This document shows positions 44,692 to 53,980 of a DNA stretch of 64,000 nucleotides, piece by piece. The notes below the pieces were generated by a model. It made no database searches. It was not told the DNA's origin and worked only from the letters and a program-made list of their open reading frames with translations. Origin of the DNA: an uncultured delta proteobacterium (GTDB taxonomy: Bacteria; Myxococcota; Myxococcia; Myxococcales; Myxococcaceae); the NCBI GenBank assembly GCA_963771175.1, contig CAVYSY010000032.1, positions 64,001 to 128,000 on the forward strand. The letters are read 5' to 3'. How positions within the stretch are numbered: position 1 is the first letter of the stretch; every line of letters starts with the position of its first letter. Both the position numbers and the translations under genes were made by a program.

Positions 44692-45942
44692 ATGACACGA
44701 GTGCGCTCCTCTCCCAATCGCTCCTGGTTCCTGCCGCGCCATCTGTGCCGCGCCCTGTTCGTCCTCGCACTCGGCCCCCTGTGCCTCGAAGCGTGTGCGG
44801 CAACCGCTCCCTCCAAGACATCCGCTGAGGTCCCCGCCCCCTCCGTCGTCCGCTTCGTCCGCGCCTGCGACGCACTCGAAGCCGGAAACCTGGACGGCGC
44901 GGCGAGCGACATCCTCACGCTGCGCGAGGCCCTTCCCGAGCGCCCCGAGCCACGCCTGCTGGAGTCACTCCTCTCCCTCAGGCGTACCCGGCCTGACCTC
45001 GGCTGGCGCGACGCCTTCCTCCAGGCCTGGAACGGCATCGGCCGACCCGACTTCAGGGAGTCCCCCTTCCTCCAGGACGACCCGGAGCCCCGCCCCACGG
45101 GCCCCAGCCCCGAGCAGGTCTGGCGCAAGGAGCTCTCGGCCGAGCAGCGCTTCGTGCTCGCCCTCTCCATGAGTCCCGATGCCGACCGGGCCCGCGCCAT
45201 CCTCCAGCAGCTCCCCGTGCTCGCACCTCCCGAGCTGATCGTCGCCGCCGTCGAGCACCTCCAACGCGAGGAGCTGCCCGCTGCGGTGCGCGCCCAGGCC
45301 CGTACCACCCTGCGCGCCCGCCTCACCGCGCTCTCCGCCGACTACCCGGAGTCCATGCAGCTTCGCGCCCTGCTGCTCCTGGAGGGGACCGACGCCCAGA
45401 CGCCCTTCACGCCCCGGGAGCTCCAGGAGCTCGAGGCCCTCTCCCAGCTCCCCGACTGGCGTCAGAGCGGGTTCCTCGCGCTCTACCGGTACGCGCTGCG
45501 GCACTTCGAGGCCACCGGGGTTTCCGTCCCGGTGGACTACGCGTACACCCTCGCCGTCATGTCGCTGGTCAGCCCCGTCCCCCTGCTGCTCCAGCATCGC
45601 CTGGAGGCCTCGAGGGACGCGCTCACTCCCGCCGAGCACCAGCGCCTGGGCGAGTCCCTCTGGCGCATCGGCTCGCGCCTCTCCGACGAGTCCTCCGTCG
45701 TCGAGCGGCTCGTGGGGCTCAGCCTCATGAAGAAGGCCGCCGCCGCGCTGGGGGACGACACCCGCCTCCTGCAGGCCACGGAGGTGCTCGCCGACGAACG
45801 GGCCACCTACCAGGCCTGGCTGAGCGCGGAGTCACACCGCTGGCCCCTGCCCTCCCTGCGGCAGGCGATGATCGACGCCGCCATGAGCGACGAGGTGGCC
45901 CACATGCACGCCTTCCGCGCCCCCGCCGCCAACACGCGGTAG
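44692..45942 (+). CDS. Hypothetical lipoprotein
   Basis: LCLEAC lipobox-like; long ORF; 5' part duplicated at 53035. Confidence 0.7.
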   Translation: MTRVRSSPNRSWFLPRHLCRALFVLALGPLCLEACAATAPSKTSAEVPAPSVVRFVRACDALEAGNLDGAASDILTLREALPERPEPRLLESLLSLRRTRPDLGWRDAFLQAWNGIGRPDFRESPFLQDDPEPRPTGPSPEQVWRKELSAEQRFVLALSMSPDADRARAILQQLPVLAPPELIVAAVEHLQREELPAAVRAQARTTLRARLTALSADYPESMQLRALLLLEGTDAQTPFTPRELQELEALSQLPDWRQSGFLALYRYALRHFEATGVSVPVDYAYTLAVMSLVSPVPLLLQHRLEASRDALTPAEHQRLGESLWRIGSRLSDESSVVERLVGLSLMKKAAAALGDDTRLLQATEVLADERATYQAWLSAESHRWPLPSLRQAMIDAAMSDEVAHMHAFRAPAANTR

Positions 45943-46030
45943 GACCGGAGCCGCGTTCCGACTCCCCAGGAGGGGCGAGCGTCCCGCCGTGACGCTGACC
46001 TCGGCCTTGGGATTGCACGACGCGAGGGCC

Positions 46031-46654
46031 ATGCGGAAATCTTCCCTCATGGCCACCCGTCGTCCCCCAGAGTCCGAGTCCACCGAGCGCAACGCCCCGT
46101 CCGTCGAGGCGGCCTTCCAGGCTGCTCCAGATGAGCTGGTGGCGGAGATCCTCGACGGGGAGCTGCACCTCAGCCCTCACCCAGCCCGTCCGCAGGTCAA
46201 CGCGCGGTCGAACCTGGGCATCCTCATTGGAGGGCCCTTCAAGTTCGGCAGAGGGGGACCGGGCGGCTGGGTCATCCTCGACGAGCCGGAGTTCCACCTC
46301 GGTCCCCGTCCGGACAAGCTCGTACCGGACCTCGCCGGATGGCGGCGCGAGCGCTTGCCTCGGGCCGTCGGAGGGGAAGAGGCCCCGGCGCACTACGACC
46401 TCGCTCCGGACTGGGCGTGCGAGGTCCTCTCCGAGCGCACGCGGCGCAGGGACAAGGGCCCGAAGATGCGCATCTACGCCCGGGAAGGAGTGCGGCACCT
46501 GTGGCATGTGGACCCGCTCGCCCGCACGCTCGACATCTTCCGGCTCCAGGGGGGCGACTGGCTCCTCGTCGACTCCTTCACCGGGGAGGAGCGGGTCCGC
46601 GCCGAGCCCTTCGAGGCCATCGAGCTCGAGCTGGCACTGCTCTGGTCCGAATGA
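46031..46654 (+). CDS. Uma2 (DUF820) family endonuclease
   Basis: AEILDGEL, LVPDLAGW, PDWACEVLS, YAREGV.HLWHVDP. Confidence 0.9.
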   Translation: MRKSSLMATRRPPESESTERNAPSVEAAFQAAPDELVAEILDGELHLSPHPARPQVNARSNLGILIGGPFKFGRGGPGGWVILDEPEFHLGPRPDKLVPDLAGWRRERLPRAVGGEEAPAHYDLAPDWACEVLSERTRRRDKGPKMRIYAREGVRHLWHVDPLARTLDIFRLQGGDWLLVDSFTGEERVRAEPFEAIELELALLWSE

Positions 46655-46671
46655 GGGGCTGAACCGGGCGG

Positions 46672-46688
46672 GTCCTTTGACACCTTCC
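46672..46688 (+). repeat. Island motif copy 2
   Basis: GTCCTTTGACACCTTCC between Uma2 and next gene. Confidence 0.7.
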
Positions 46689-46714
46689 AGGGGGGTGCTG
46701 TAGCGCTCCTTCCC

Positions 46715-47608
46715 ATGACACGCTCCACTCGCCGCGTGGTGCTCGCGGCCCTCCTTTCCGCCCTCTGTGCCTGCGCCACGTCCTCCGCCTCGCGGCGCTC
46801 CCCGCACGCCGTCACGCCGCGCTTCGCCTGGCCCGAGCACTACTCCGCTCGCGTCTCGTACTCCTTCACGGCGAACAGTCCCCTGGGCAACACCGAGGTC
46901 CACCGCCGCTACTGGCTGACGGTGGAGCCGGCGAAGGAGAAGGGCGTCCACCGGCTCGTCCCTCGGGACATGGAGGTGTTTCCGCCCGAGTTCGCCGCCA
47001 TCGTGGACCCGGTGCCCACGGTGCTCTTCGACAACGAGGGCTCCTTCCAGCGCGCCGAGTTCCCCGAGGAACTGCCGGGCCAGGGGTTGCTGGAGGCGCT
47101 GCCCCTGGAGCCTGAGAAGAGGGCGGAGATCATCAAGAACATCGTGGCCAAGCAGGAGGAGTCGGCGCGGGAAGACTGGACACGGCTGGTGGAGCACTGG
47201 CGAGGCATCACCCTGGCGCCCGGCGAGCCGGTGCAGCTCGAGTCGAAGATGGTGGTGGGCACGGGCCTGATGGAGAAGAAGGAAGTGGCCTCGGAAGAGC
47301 GCTACTCCATCGAGGTGGACGTGCCGTGCGCACCGGACGCACAGGAGCGGCACTGTGTGCGGTTGAGCGTGGAGGTGCAGCCGGTGGGCCAGTCCGAGGC
47401 GGGCGAGGGACCCCTGGCGCGCTGGAGCTTCGAGCTGGTGACGGACCCGGACACGCTGGTGCCGTACTCCACCCGGTTGATGCGCCTGGACAGGGTGGAC
47501 TGGGGCGAGGACGGCGGCGCTCAATCCCTCAAGGAGTTCATGCAGGTGGAGGAATACCTCTACACCTACGGCGCCCAGCCCGTGCCGCCCGGCTCGAAAC
47601 AGCTCTGA
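46715..47608 (+). CDS. Hypothetical lipoprotein
   Basis: LSALCAC lipobox; PRFAWP motif. Confidence 0.75.
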   Translation: MTRSTRRVVLAALLSALCACATSSASRRSPHAVTPRFAWPEHYSARVSYSFTANSPLGNTEVHRRYWLTVEPAKEKGVHRLVPRDMEVFPPEFAAIVDPVPTVLFDNEGSFQRAEFPEELPGQGLLEALPLEPEKRAEIIKNIVAKQEESAREDWTRLVEHWRGITLAPGEPVQLESKMVVGTGLMEKKEVASEERYSIEVDVPCAPDAQERHCVRLSVEVQPVGQSEAGEGPLARWSFELVTDPDTLVPYSTRLMRLDRVDWGEDGGAQSLKEFMQVEEYLYTYGAQPVPPGSKQL

Positions 47609-47647
47609 GCGCCGCGTCGAACGCCTCCGTTGACGTCATGAGCCCAC

Positions 47648-48202
47648 CTATGGGTGGTACGGGTAGCGCGCCAGCACCTTCCCGTCGGGCGATACGGCGT
47701 ACAATTCAAACCAGTGGAGGGACGGATTGAAACCAGGGACCGCCCATCCGCACTTGTCCACACGCCGGTTGATTGCAACGAAATACAGCCCCCTCTCCTG
47801 GCCAACAGTGACTTCCATGGCTTTGGCGGAGTAGGAGCAATCTCCCGCGTATTCCTTCGGGAAGCTGGCCAGCAATCGCTGCAGCGCGGCATGAGCAGCG
47901 AGGACAGCGGGACCATCCAACGTGGCCAGCGGGCGCACCTCATCGGGCCACTCAATGCCCTCTGCGATGATGGGGGGCCGAGCAACAGTCCCACCATCCG
48001 CCTCTGACGTGCTGGGTCGGGAAAGGACGGTCCCACCATCCGCCTCTGACGTGCTGGGTTGGAGGATGACCGTTCCTCCATCTGTCCCAGCCCCTCCATC
48101 GCCCCCTGGAATGCCGGGCTGGGAGGTGACAACGCCACCATCCACCAGGAGCGACATGAGAAGGATGAAATGCTGAGGATTCATCATGGAACCGTGCTCC
48201 AA
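47648..48202 (-). CDS. Secreted hypothetical protein, putative partner/immunity of the JAB-like lipoprotein
   Basis: Hydrophobic N-terminus, DGG repeats, CSYS..DKCGW; immediately downstream of 48210..48995. Confidence 0.6.
   Translation of the reverse strand: MEHGSMMNPQHFILLMSLLVDGGVVTSQPGIPGGDGGAGTDGGTVILQPSTSEADGGTVLSRPSTSEADGGTVARPPIIAEGIEWPDEVRPLATLDGPAVLAAHAALQRLLASFPKEYAGDCSYSAKAMEVTVGQERGLYFVAINRRVDKCGWAVPGFNPSLHWFELYAVSPDGKVLARYPYHP
47988..48082. repeat. 42-bp coding tandem repeat (~2.3 copies)
   Basis: gtcccaccatccgcctctgacgtgctgggt at 47988 and 48030 (PSTSEADGGTV). Confidence 0.85.
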
Positions 48203-48209
48203 GGTTCTT

Positions 48210-48995
48210 CTACCATTTCAATTCGGGCGAGCATTTGGGCAGGAGAATTCTGGGGCTGAGCATTCCGGACGACTCTTGAGGTTGGCAGGTGGCCTGAAAG
48301 TCCCAATGTTCCTTGTCATCGTTCCATCGGAAGACCTCACCCGCTGGATTCCATTTGTAGAAGCGAGGCTCATCCTTGTGACCCGTGGCGAGCCAGGCCC
48401 AGGCGGGAATCAATTGACCTCGGGAATCACGCCCCAACCCACCGATGGGGCTCGCCGCGTAGGACACCATCGTCCAGAGCCCCTCTCCCGTCTTCATCGC
48501 GGGAAATTTGGTCAGGTCTGGGCTGCTTATACTTGTTGCGCACGGATGATTGTGAGCGAAGCCAACGACAGGCAGCTCCCGGCCGAAGTCCTCATCTTCC
48601 ACTCCGCCGAAAGGAGGTTGACATGAATCGCGCTCATTCATCAGGTTGCGGATGGGCCATGACACGCGCCAGTCCTGCGGCGCCCTGTAGAGGGCGACAC
48701 AATATTCGGCTGCATCCGGGCGTGGGCGCCCCGTGTTCGGATCGCAGGCATCCACCGCGCCCGGTAACGCCATCAGGGCTTTGAGCGTCGGCAGCACCAG
48801 GTCATCCGGAATGCTGGCCGTGTCCGAGACGACGATGGGGACGTCCTCATGCTTCCAAGGACCGGGGGCCACAGCCAAGTCGATTCTTCCCTCCAGGATG
48901 GGCAACTCGGTCCGCAGGAAGTAGAGCCTGGGACCCGCGCATGCCAGGGCCTGCATGAGCACGAGGAAGGAGACCTGTCGCCAGGGAGGATTCAC
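48210..48995 (-). CDS. Lipoprotein with JAB/MPN-like metallo-motif, putative toxin
   Basis: GTG start with GAGGGA RBS, QALAC lipobox; AEYC...GFAHNHPC.TSISSPD. Confidence 0.6.
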   Translation of the reverse strand: MNPPWRQVSFLVLMQALACAGPRLYFLRTELPILEGRIDLAVAPGPWKHEDVPIVVSDTASIPDDLVLPTLKALMALPGAVDACDPNTGRPRPDAAEYCVALYRAPQDWRVSWPIRNLMNERDSCQPPFGGVEDEDFGRELPVVGFAHNHPCATSISSPDLTKFPAMKTGEGLWTMVSYAASPIGGLGRDSRGQLIPAWAWLATGHKDEPRFYKWNPAGEVFRWNDDKEHWDFQATCQPQESSGMLSPRILLPKCSPELKW

Positions 48996-49134
48996 TCCCT
49001 CGGAGTCTAGAAGAACCAGTCCGGCCGCCTCAAGCGCCCACCACACGCCCCCACGGTGCCCAGCGCGTGCCTCCCGGCTCCAACCCGCTCTGAGCGCCGC
49101 GTCGAGCCGCGTGTCAGCACCCCATCGCACGTCG

Positions 49135-49551
49135 TCACCGCCTGGAACGAGGAGCCCGCTTTGGACGCATCTTAGGCTTCTGGAGGATGATGTCGTACTC
49201 GGTTTCCCGGGTGGGGGAGCGGACGAACTCCGCGCCTTCCGTCGCCAGGAATTCATCCAGGAGACGGACGATCGCTTCGAGCGTGCGCGCCAGATCGCCC
49301 CCGTTGGCTTCATGGACTTGCTGGCCCCACCAGGAGGGGTGATACCGCCACTCCGGGTGCCGCTTGTAGAGCCACTCCCTGAAACACTCGTGCTGGCTCT
49401 TCTGCCCTGAATCCCCGAGGACATCCTCATAGCCCGTGATGTAGAGGGAGCGCTGATCGAGCGTGAAATCCGGGGCGAACATCCTCGGGCGCGAACAGAT
49501 GTGGCGCATGTGCTCGAACAGGCTTCCCGCATTGAGCTGCACAGGACTCAT
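49135..49551 (-). CDS. Orphan immunity-like protein
   Basis: Shares Y/FI.G...F..WL...W....GD...F pattern with 51577..51954. Confidence 0.6.
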   Translation of the reverse strand: MSPVQLNAGSLFEHMRHICSRPRMFAPDFTLDQRSLYITGYEDVLGDSGQKSQHECFREWLYKRHPEWRYHPSWWGQQVHEANGGDLARTLEAIVRLLDEFLATEGAEFVRSPTRETEYDIILQKPKMRPKRAPRSRR

Positions 49552-49718
49552 GGCGTCGTGGACACGAAAATGAGAACGACCCGGCGCAGGGAGCTCGACT
49601 GGCACCGGGAGCACACACCCGGACACGGCCGAGGAGTCGTGCTGGACAGGACGATAGAGGTCATGCCGGAATGGACCACGAAGCAGGTCATGGTGCATTT
49701 CCGGAGGAGGCCCACACG

Positions 49719-50408
49719 ATGACACGCCACCAGTCGCGAACTGACAGACCCGTCATGAGCACGCAGCTCGACCTCGAGAGACTCCGCTCCGCCCTCCGCG
49801 GACTCGATCGCGAGACCCTCCTGAGCCTTCTCGACCGTGCCCTCGACCGGGTGCCCAGGAAGCGTCTGGCCGAGATAGCAGAGGGTTATATCTCCCTGGA
49901 GGCGCTCCGTGCCGGAACGGCTCTCGTCGCCGACGTGACGCACTTTTGCGAGGCCAGCCGCCGCGGCGACTACTACGAGGCCTTCGACGTCAACTCGAAG
50001 AACTTCACGCAGATGTCCCTGGGCACACAACGCTGGATTGCGGAGTGCGAGCGCCTGTTCGAAAGATGTGTCACCGATTCCGCGAAGACGCCTCCGGCGG
50101 AGATGCGCAAGGCCCTCGGGCTGCTCCTGGACCTGCTCCGCTCCGTGGATGAGGCCAATGACGACATCGTCTTCTGGGCAGACGAGGGCGGCGCCTATGA
50201 GGTAGGCGTCGACTGGAGGAAGGTACTTCCCGTGTGGTTCCAAGCGCTCGCCGCGACCACCCCACCCGAGGAGTACGCCCGAGAAGCCCTCGCGGCCATC
50301 AAGGACTTCGATTCCGTCCACCGCGACCAGCACCTCCAGGAGGCCCGGACGGCCGCAAGTCCCGCCCAGCGGACAGCTCTCCTCCAGGACGCGGCACGTC
50401 AGCGTTGA
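49719..50408 (+). CDS. Hypothetical protein
   Basis: GC3-biased ORF with RBS; GDYYEAFDVNSKN, IVFWADEGG. Confidence 0.7.
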   Translation: MTRHQSRTDRPVMSTQLDLERLRSALRGLDRETLLSLLDRALDRVPRKRLAEIAEGYISLEALRAGTALVADVTHFCEASRRGDYYEAFDVNSKNFTQMSLGTQRWIAECERLFERCVTDSAKTPPAEMRKALGLLLDLLRSVDEANDDIVFWADEGGAYEVGVDWRKVLPVWFQALAATTPPEEYAREALAAIKDFDSVHRDQHLQEARTAASPAQRTALLQDAARQR

Positions 50409-50626
50409 CCCGTACGGAGGCGCGCCTGACCGGGCCTCCACGACAGGACGCCAACGAACGCGCCCTCGCACGCTCCACCGAACTGCTCGCGCGGATGGCC
50501 TGGCCCAGCGATTCGAGAGGAGCCCCGTCTGCCCGTGCGGCTGTATGGCTGGGAGGTGGGCATCCGCCCTCATGGCTCTAGAGGAGACCGCCCCCTGCCT
50601 CCGCCGTGCTCTCGGGCTGAATGCGC

Positions 50627-50752
50627 TCAAGGGAAATACCAGACGGCGTTGACTGGAGCATCGCGCGGGAGCTCGACGGTACCGGACTTGGAGCCGGGGC
50701 CTGTCCACAGGTGCCCGTACAGCAACGTGCCCTCCACCAGCAGCCCCGCCCC
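50627..50752 (-). pseudogene. Remnant resembling C-terminus of myxobacterial Ser/Thr kinases
   Basis: EGTLLYGHLWTGPGSKSGTVELPRDAPVNAVWYFP*. Confidence 0.4.
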
Positions 50753-50763
50753 AACCGTGATGC

Positions 50764-50946
50764 CGCCGCAAGAACTTCCTCTTCGTCGGGCACGTGGCGG
50801 CGGGTGAATACCTCGCGGGCCTCTACGCCCTGGTGGCCACCTGCGAGGCGAACGGAATCAACCCCGAGACCTACTTGGCGGACGTGTTACTGCGCGTGCA
50901 GACGCACCCCAACTCGCGCCTCGACGAACTGCTGCCGCACGAGTGA
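50764..50946 (+). mobile_element. IS66-family transposase C-terminal remnant
   Basis: RKNFLFVG...LYALVATCEANGINPETYLADVL...RLDELLP. Confidence 0.85.
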
Positions 50947-50980
50947 GATTGTTCTTCACCGTTGAACAGAGCGGGAAAAC

Positions 50981-51580
50981 ATGCAAAAATCAAAACTCAA
51001 GATGACTCTATTGGTGCGCTTATTGCCATATCTGCTGAGCCTCGCATTGTCGGTAAGCGCCGGACGACCGGATGCTTGTGATTCGGGGGCTCTGCAATCA
51101 TATGGTCTGCTGAGTAGCTCACGTGTTCTGGTGAAATCCCTGATGGGTCAGGTGCCAGACTCCATCAGGGTCAAGATCTTCGCGGCGCTCGCGAAGGGTG
51201 ACGTCGAGGGAGCGGTCTCAGCCTACATGGCCCACAAGGGCTTGACCGACGCGCCGCGATGGCTCCAGGCGTTCCAGGCCGCCTTCAACGTGGCGAACCA
51301 GCAGATGGGACGCTGCCCCCAGGTGGCCAGGGACATCCACGCGGCACTCACGCGCTTCGGCGGCTCGCCGGAGTATGTGCGCGCCAGCAGTACAAAGGGT
51401 CCGTACCTGTCGTGGTACGGGAGACAAATCATGTCGGACAACAACACTCACTTCGCCGTTCGTTATAACGGGCGGCTCTATGATGCGTTCACAGGGGGCA
51501 GTGGAATGCTCGAGCAAGAATATATAGCCGCAATCGAGGCTCGCGCACCAGTGACCCTGGTCGTCACGGGGGCACCATGA
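50981..51580 (+). CDS. Secreted papain-fold (Tox-PL-like) putative toxin
   Basis: Signal-like N-terminus; candidate triad GRCPQVA / NNTHFAV / LYDAFTG. Confidence 0.6.
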   Translation: MQKSKLKMTLLVRLLPYLLSLALSVSAGRPDACDSGALQSYGLLSSSRVLVKSLMGQVPDSIRVKIFAALAKGDVEGAVSAYMAHKGLTDAPRWLQAFQAAFNVANQQMGRCPQVARDIHAALTRFGGSPEYVRASSTKGPYLSWYGRQIMSDNNTHFAVRYNGRLYDAFTGGSGMLEQEYIAAIEARAPVTLVVTGAP

Positions 51581-51954
51581 CTGCCATCCAACCGCCAGAA
51601 GAATGGAGAGGTCGCACCGTCTATACGCTGGACATGCTCATGCTTCTTCGCGAGGAACTCCACCGTGTGGGCACTTTGTTGGTGCATACGGGAGCCACTG
51701 ACATCTATGTGCTGAGATCCTTCATTGATGGGATCACCTTCGCGCAATATTGCAATCGAATCGAAGATAGGGATTGCGAGGAGTTCTTCGCATGGTTGCG
51801 CGATGTGAAGAATGAGTTTCCCTGTGGAGGTGGCTGGGCGCGGAAATGCCTGGAGGAATGTCATGGCGATCACCGCGCGGCGATTGAGAGGTTCCTGGGC
51901 TTCGTAGTCGACTTCGTCGAGTTCAAGAAGAGAGAGAGACAAGATCGAGCGTGA
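51577..51954 (+). CDS. Putative cognate immunity protein
   Basis: ATGA-coupled to toxin; small helical protein. Confidence 0.6.
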   Translation: MTAIQPPEEWRGRTVYTLDMLMLLREELHRVGTLLVHTGATDIYVLRSFIDGITFAQYCNRIEDRDCEEFFAWLRDVKNEFPCGGGWARKCLEECHGDHRAAIERFLGFVVDFVEFKKRERQDRA

Positions 51955-52125
51955 AGTCCGGGGCGAACATCCTCGGGCGCGAACAGATGTGGCGCATGTG
52001 CTCGAACAGACAGCCCGCATTGAGCTTCACAGGGCTCATGGCAGCTCGCGCACTACCTGCATCGAGAGCTGCCCGGGAGAATACAGGCGCTTCGTGTATT
52101 CGGTCACAGTCAACCCCGTGGGTCC
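51944..52125 (-). pseudogene. Remnant of another papain-fold toxin 3' end plus immunity 5' end
   Basis: GPTGLTVTEYTKRLYSPGQLSMQVVRELP* overlapping (ATGA) MSPVKLNAGCLFEHMRHICSRPRMFAPDFTLD, which nearly matches 49455-49551. Confidence 0.65.
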
Positions 52126-52149
52126 GTGTCAGGCGACAGGTCTACCGGC

Positions 52150-52767
52150 TCAACGCACGATGAAGTCGAATCGCTCCACGGCCGCCTTGAACTCCTCCAC
52201 CGTAGCCCCCCAGCGCTTCGCTTCCTCAGGCGCGTAAAACGTCCGCGCCACCGTGGAGGGCAGTTCCTTGAACCGCCCCTCGAGGATGACCGGAGTAAAG
52301 TCCCCTGGCCACGCCACGCTCAGCAGTTCCTGCCCGTGCTTGATCGGGTCAATAATGGTGAAGCAGGGCCACCTCGGCAGGCGGATCGTTCTCATGTCGC
52401 AGCCCTGAAAACGGCACAGATCCAACCGCGCCTCGGAGAAATCGCAGTTCTCCATCCCCCCGTGCTCCCACCATTCCCCGTGTCCGACCCGCTGGCCGAA
52501 GTCCATACCCGAAAAGCGGCCCTCGAAGCGACAACCCTTGAAGCTCATCGTCGTGAACCGCGTGTCCACGAGCTCGCGCTTTGCCTGGATGGTGCAGTTG
52601 ATCAACGTTCCCCACACGGGGATGACCTGCCGTCCTCCAACACGAATGACGACGGTGCAGTCCCGTAGCGTGAGATTGGGCCCAAGCCAATAGTTGGACT
52701 CCTTCTCTGTCAGCTCCAACTGCTCTCCCTCGATGGTTCGGTTCTCGTAGTGGATGTTCGGAGTCAC
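52150..52767 (-). CDS. Orphan immunity protein (pentapeptide-repeat-like), paralogue of 1..145
   Basis: YWLGPNLTLRDCT; NCDFSEARLDLCRFQGCD. Confidence 0.75.
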   Translation of the reverse strand: MTPNIHYENRTIEGEQLELTEKESNYWLGPNLTLRDCTVVIRVGGRQVIPVWGTLINCTIQAKRELVDTRFTTMSFKGCRFEGRFSGMDFGQRVGHGEWWEHGGMENCDFSEARLDLCRFQGCDMRTIRLPRWPCFTIIDPIKHGQELLSVAWPGDFTPVILEGRFKELPSTVARTFYAPEEAKRWGATVEEFKAAVERFDFIVR

Positions 52768-52774
52768 GGGCCCC

Positions 52775-52919
52775 TCAGAAGAAAATCATTCGAAAAAACG
52801 TGCTCGCCATCCGCCGCCCATGAGTCTCGAACGGCGGTGCGGTTTCTCCAAGTCTGGTGCCTCCCCGCCGAGTGGAAACGATCCTGAAGGATATGACGAA
52901 AACGTCCCAACCATACAGG
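52775..52919 (-). pseudogene. Almost completely deleted SitA5-like toxin gene
   Basis: Retains HGRRMASTFFRMIFF* (same as 153..1070 end) and the upstream motif seen at 4684-4720. Confidence 0.75.
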
Positions 52920-53034
52920 AGAGAAGGGGCAACCTCCGGGATGCTCGACCTGGAGGTGGAGGGCTTCCAGTTTGGCCCGGGGGACGAGGTGCGCCCCCCC
53001 GCCATTCCTCGCGGGCACGGCTATGCTCGGACCC

Positions 53035-53379
53035 ATGACACGCTCCTGGTTCCCGCCGCGCCACCTGTGCCGTGCCCTGTTCTTCCTCGCACTCGGGCCC
53101 CTGTGCCTCGAAGCGCGAGCGGAAACCGCCCCAACCCAGGCCTCCACAGAGGTCCCCTCCCCCTCCGTCGCCCGCTTCGTCCGCGCCTGCGACGCACTCG
53201 AAGCCGGAAACCTGGACGGCGCGGCGAGCGACATCCTCACGCTGCGCGAGACCCTTCCCGAGCGCCCCGAGCCACGCCTGCTGGAGTCACTCCTCTCCCT
53301 CAGGCGTACCCGGCCCGACCTCGGCTGGCGCGACGCCTTCCTCCGGATTGCTGCGCTGCCGCAGCCTTCCCTGGTTTGA
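53035..53379 (+). pseudogene. Truncated 5' copy of lipoprotein gene 44692..45942
   Basis: Near-identical DNA until gacgccttcctcc (~53344). Confidence 0.8.
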
Positions 53380-53413
53380 TCCGAATGAGGAGCCGACCCG
53401 GAAGAGGATGGAG

Positions 53414-53890
53414 ATGACAAGCCTCGAAGACCGCTTGGAGATTCACGACCTGGTGTGCCGCTTCATGCAGGCGTTCGACGACAAGGACTGGGTCCTGCTA
53501 CGCGCCTGCCTCACCGACGTGGTGTTCTGCGATTACTCGTCCCTCCGGGGAACGCCCCCGGGAGAGGAGGAGGCCGCGCAGTACGTGGCCAGGCGCCAGG
53601 CGGCTCTCAGCCCGCTCCACATGCAGCACGACTTTTCCAACTTGCGGGTCGAGGTGGACGGCGCACGGGCCCGAGGACGGTGCAACTTCGTCATCCACCG
53701 CTTCGCCCCGGGCTTCAACGGCTCGCCGGAGCAGTTCTTTCACAGCTACGGCCACTATCGGTTCGACTTCACGCGCGAGGCCTCGGGCTGGCGCATCCGC
53801 GGCATCACCCAGGTGGTCCTCCAGAATCATGGCAACCCGGCGCTCCATTCTGGAACCCGAGGAGCACCGACGCCCGCGAAGCAGCCGTAG
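53414..53890 (+). CDS. SnoaL/NTF2-like protein
   Basis: DRLEIHDLVCRF..AFDDKDW..L..CLTD; GHYRF...WRI. Confidence 0.85.
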   Translation: MTSLEDRLEIHDLVCRFMQAFDDKDWVLLRACLTDVVFCDYSSLRGTPPGEEEAAQYVARRQAALSPLHMQHDFSNLRVEVDGARARGRCNFVIHRFAPGFNGSPEQFFHSYGHYRFDFTREASGWRIRGITQVVLQNHGNPALHSGTRGAPTPAKQP

Positions 53891-53980
53891 CGAGGCGAGG
53901 ACCACGGAGGCATGCTACCGAGACCCCACTCTGCTCACATCCCCATCCGGGGCTCGACCTACACCCCTCCGACCCGAGAC

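Noticed and set aside
42532..45942. 1136-aa ORF as a giant fusion protein
   Set aside because: An indel joins the serine hydrolase frame to a separate lipoprotein gene across an antisense gene.
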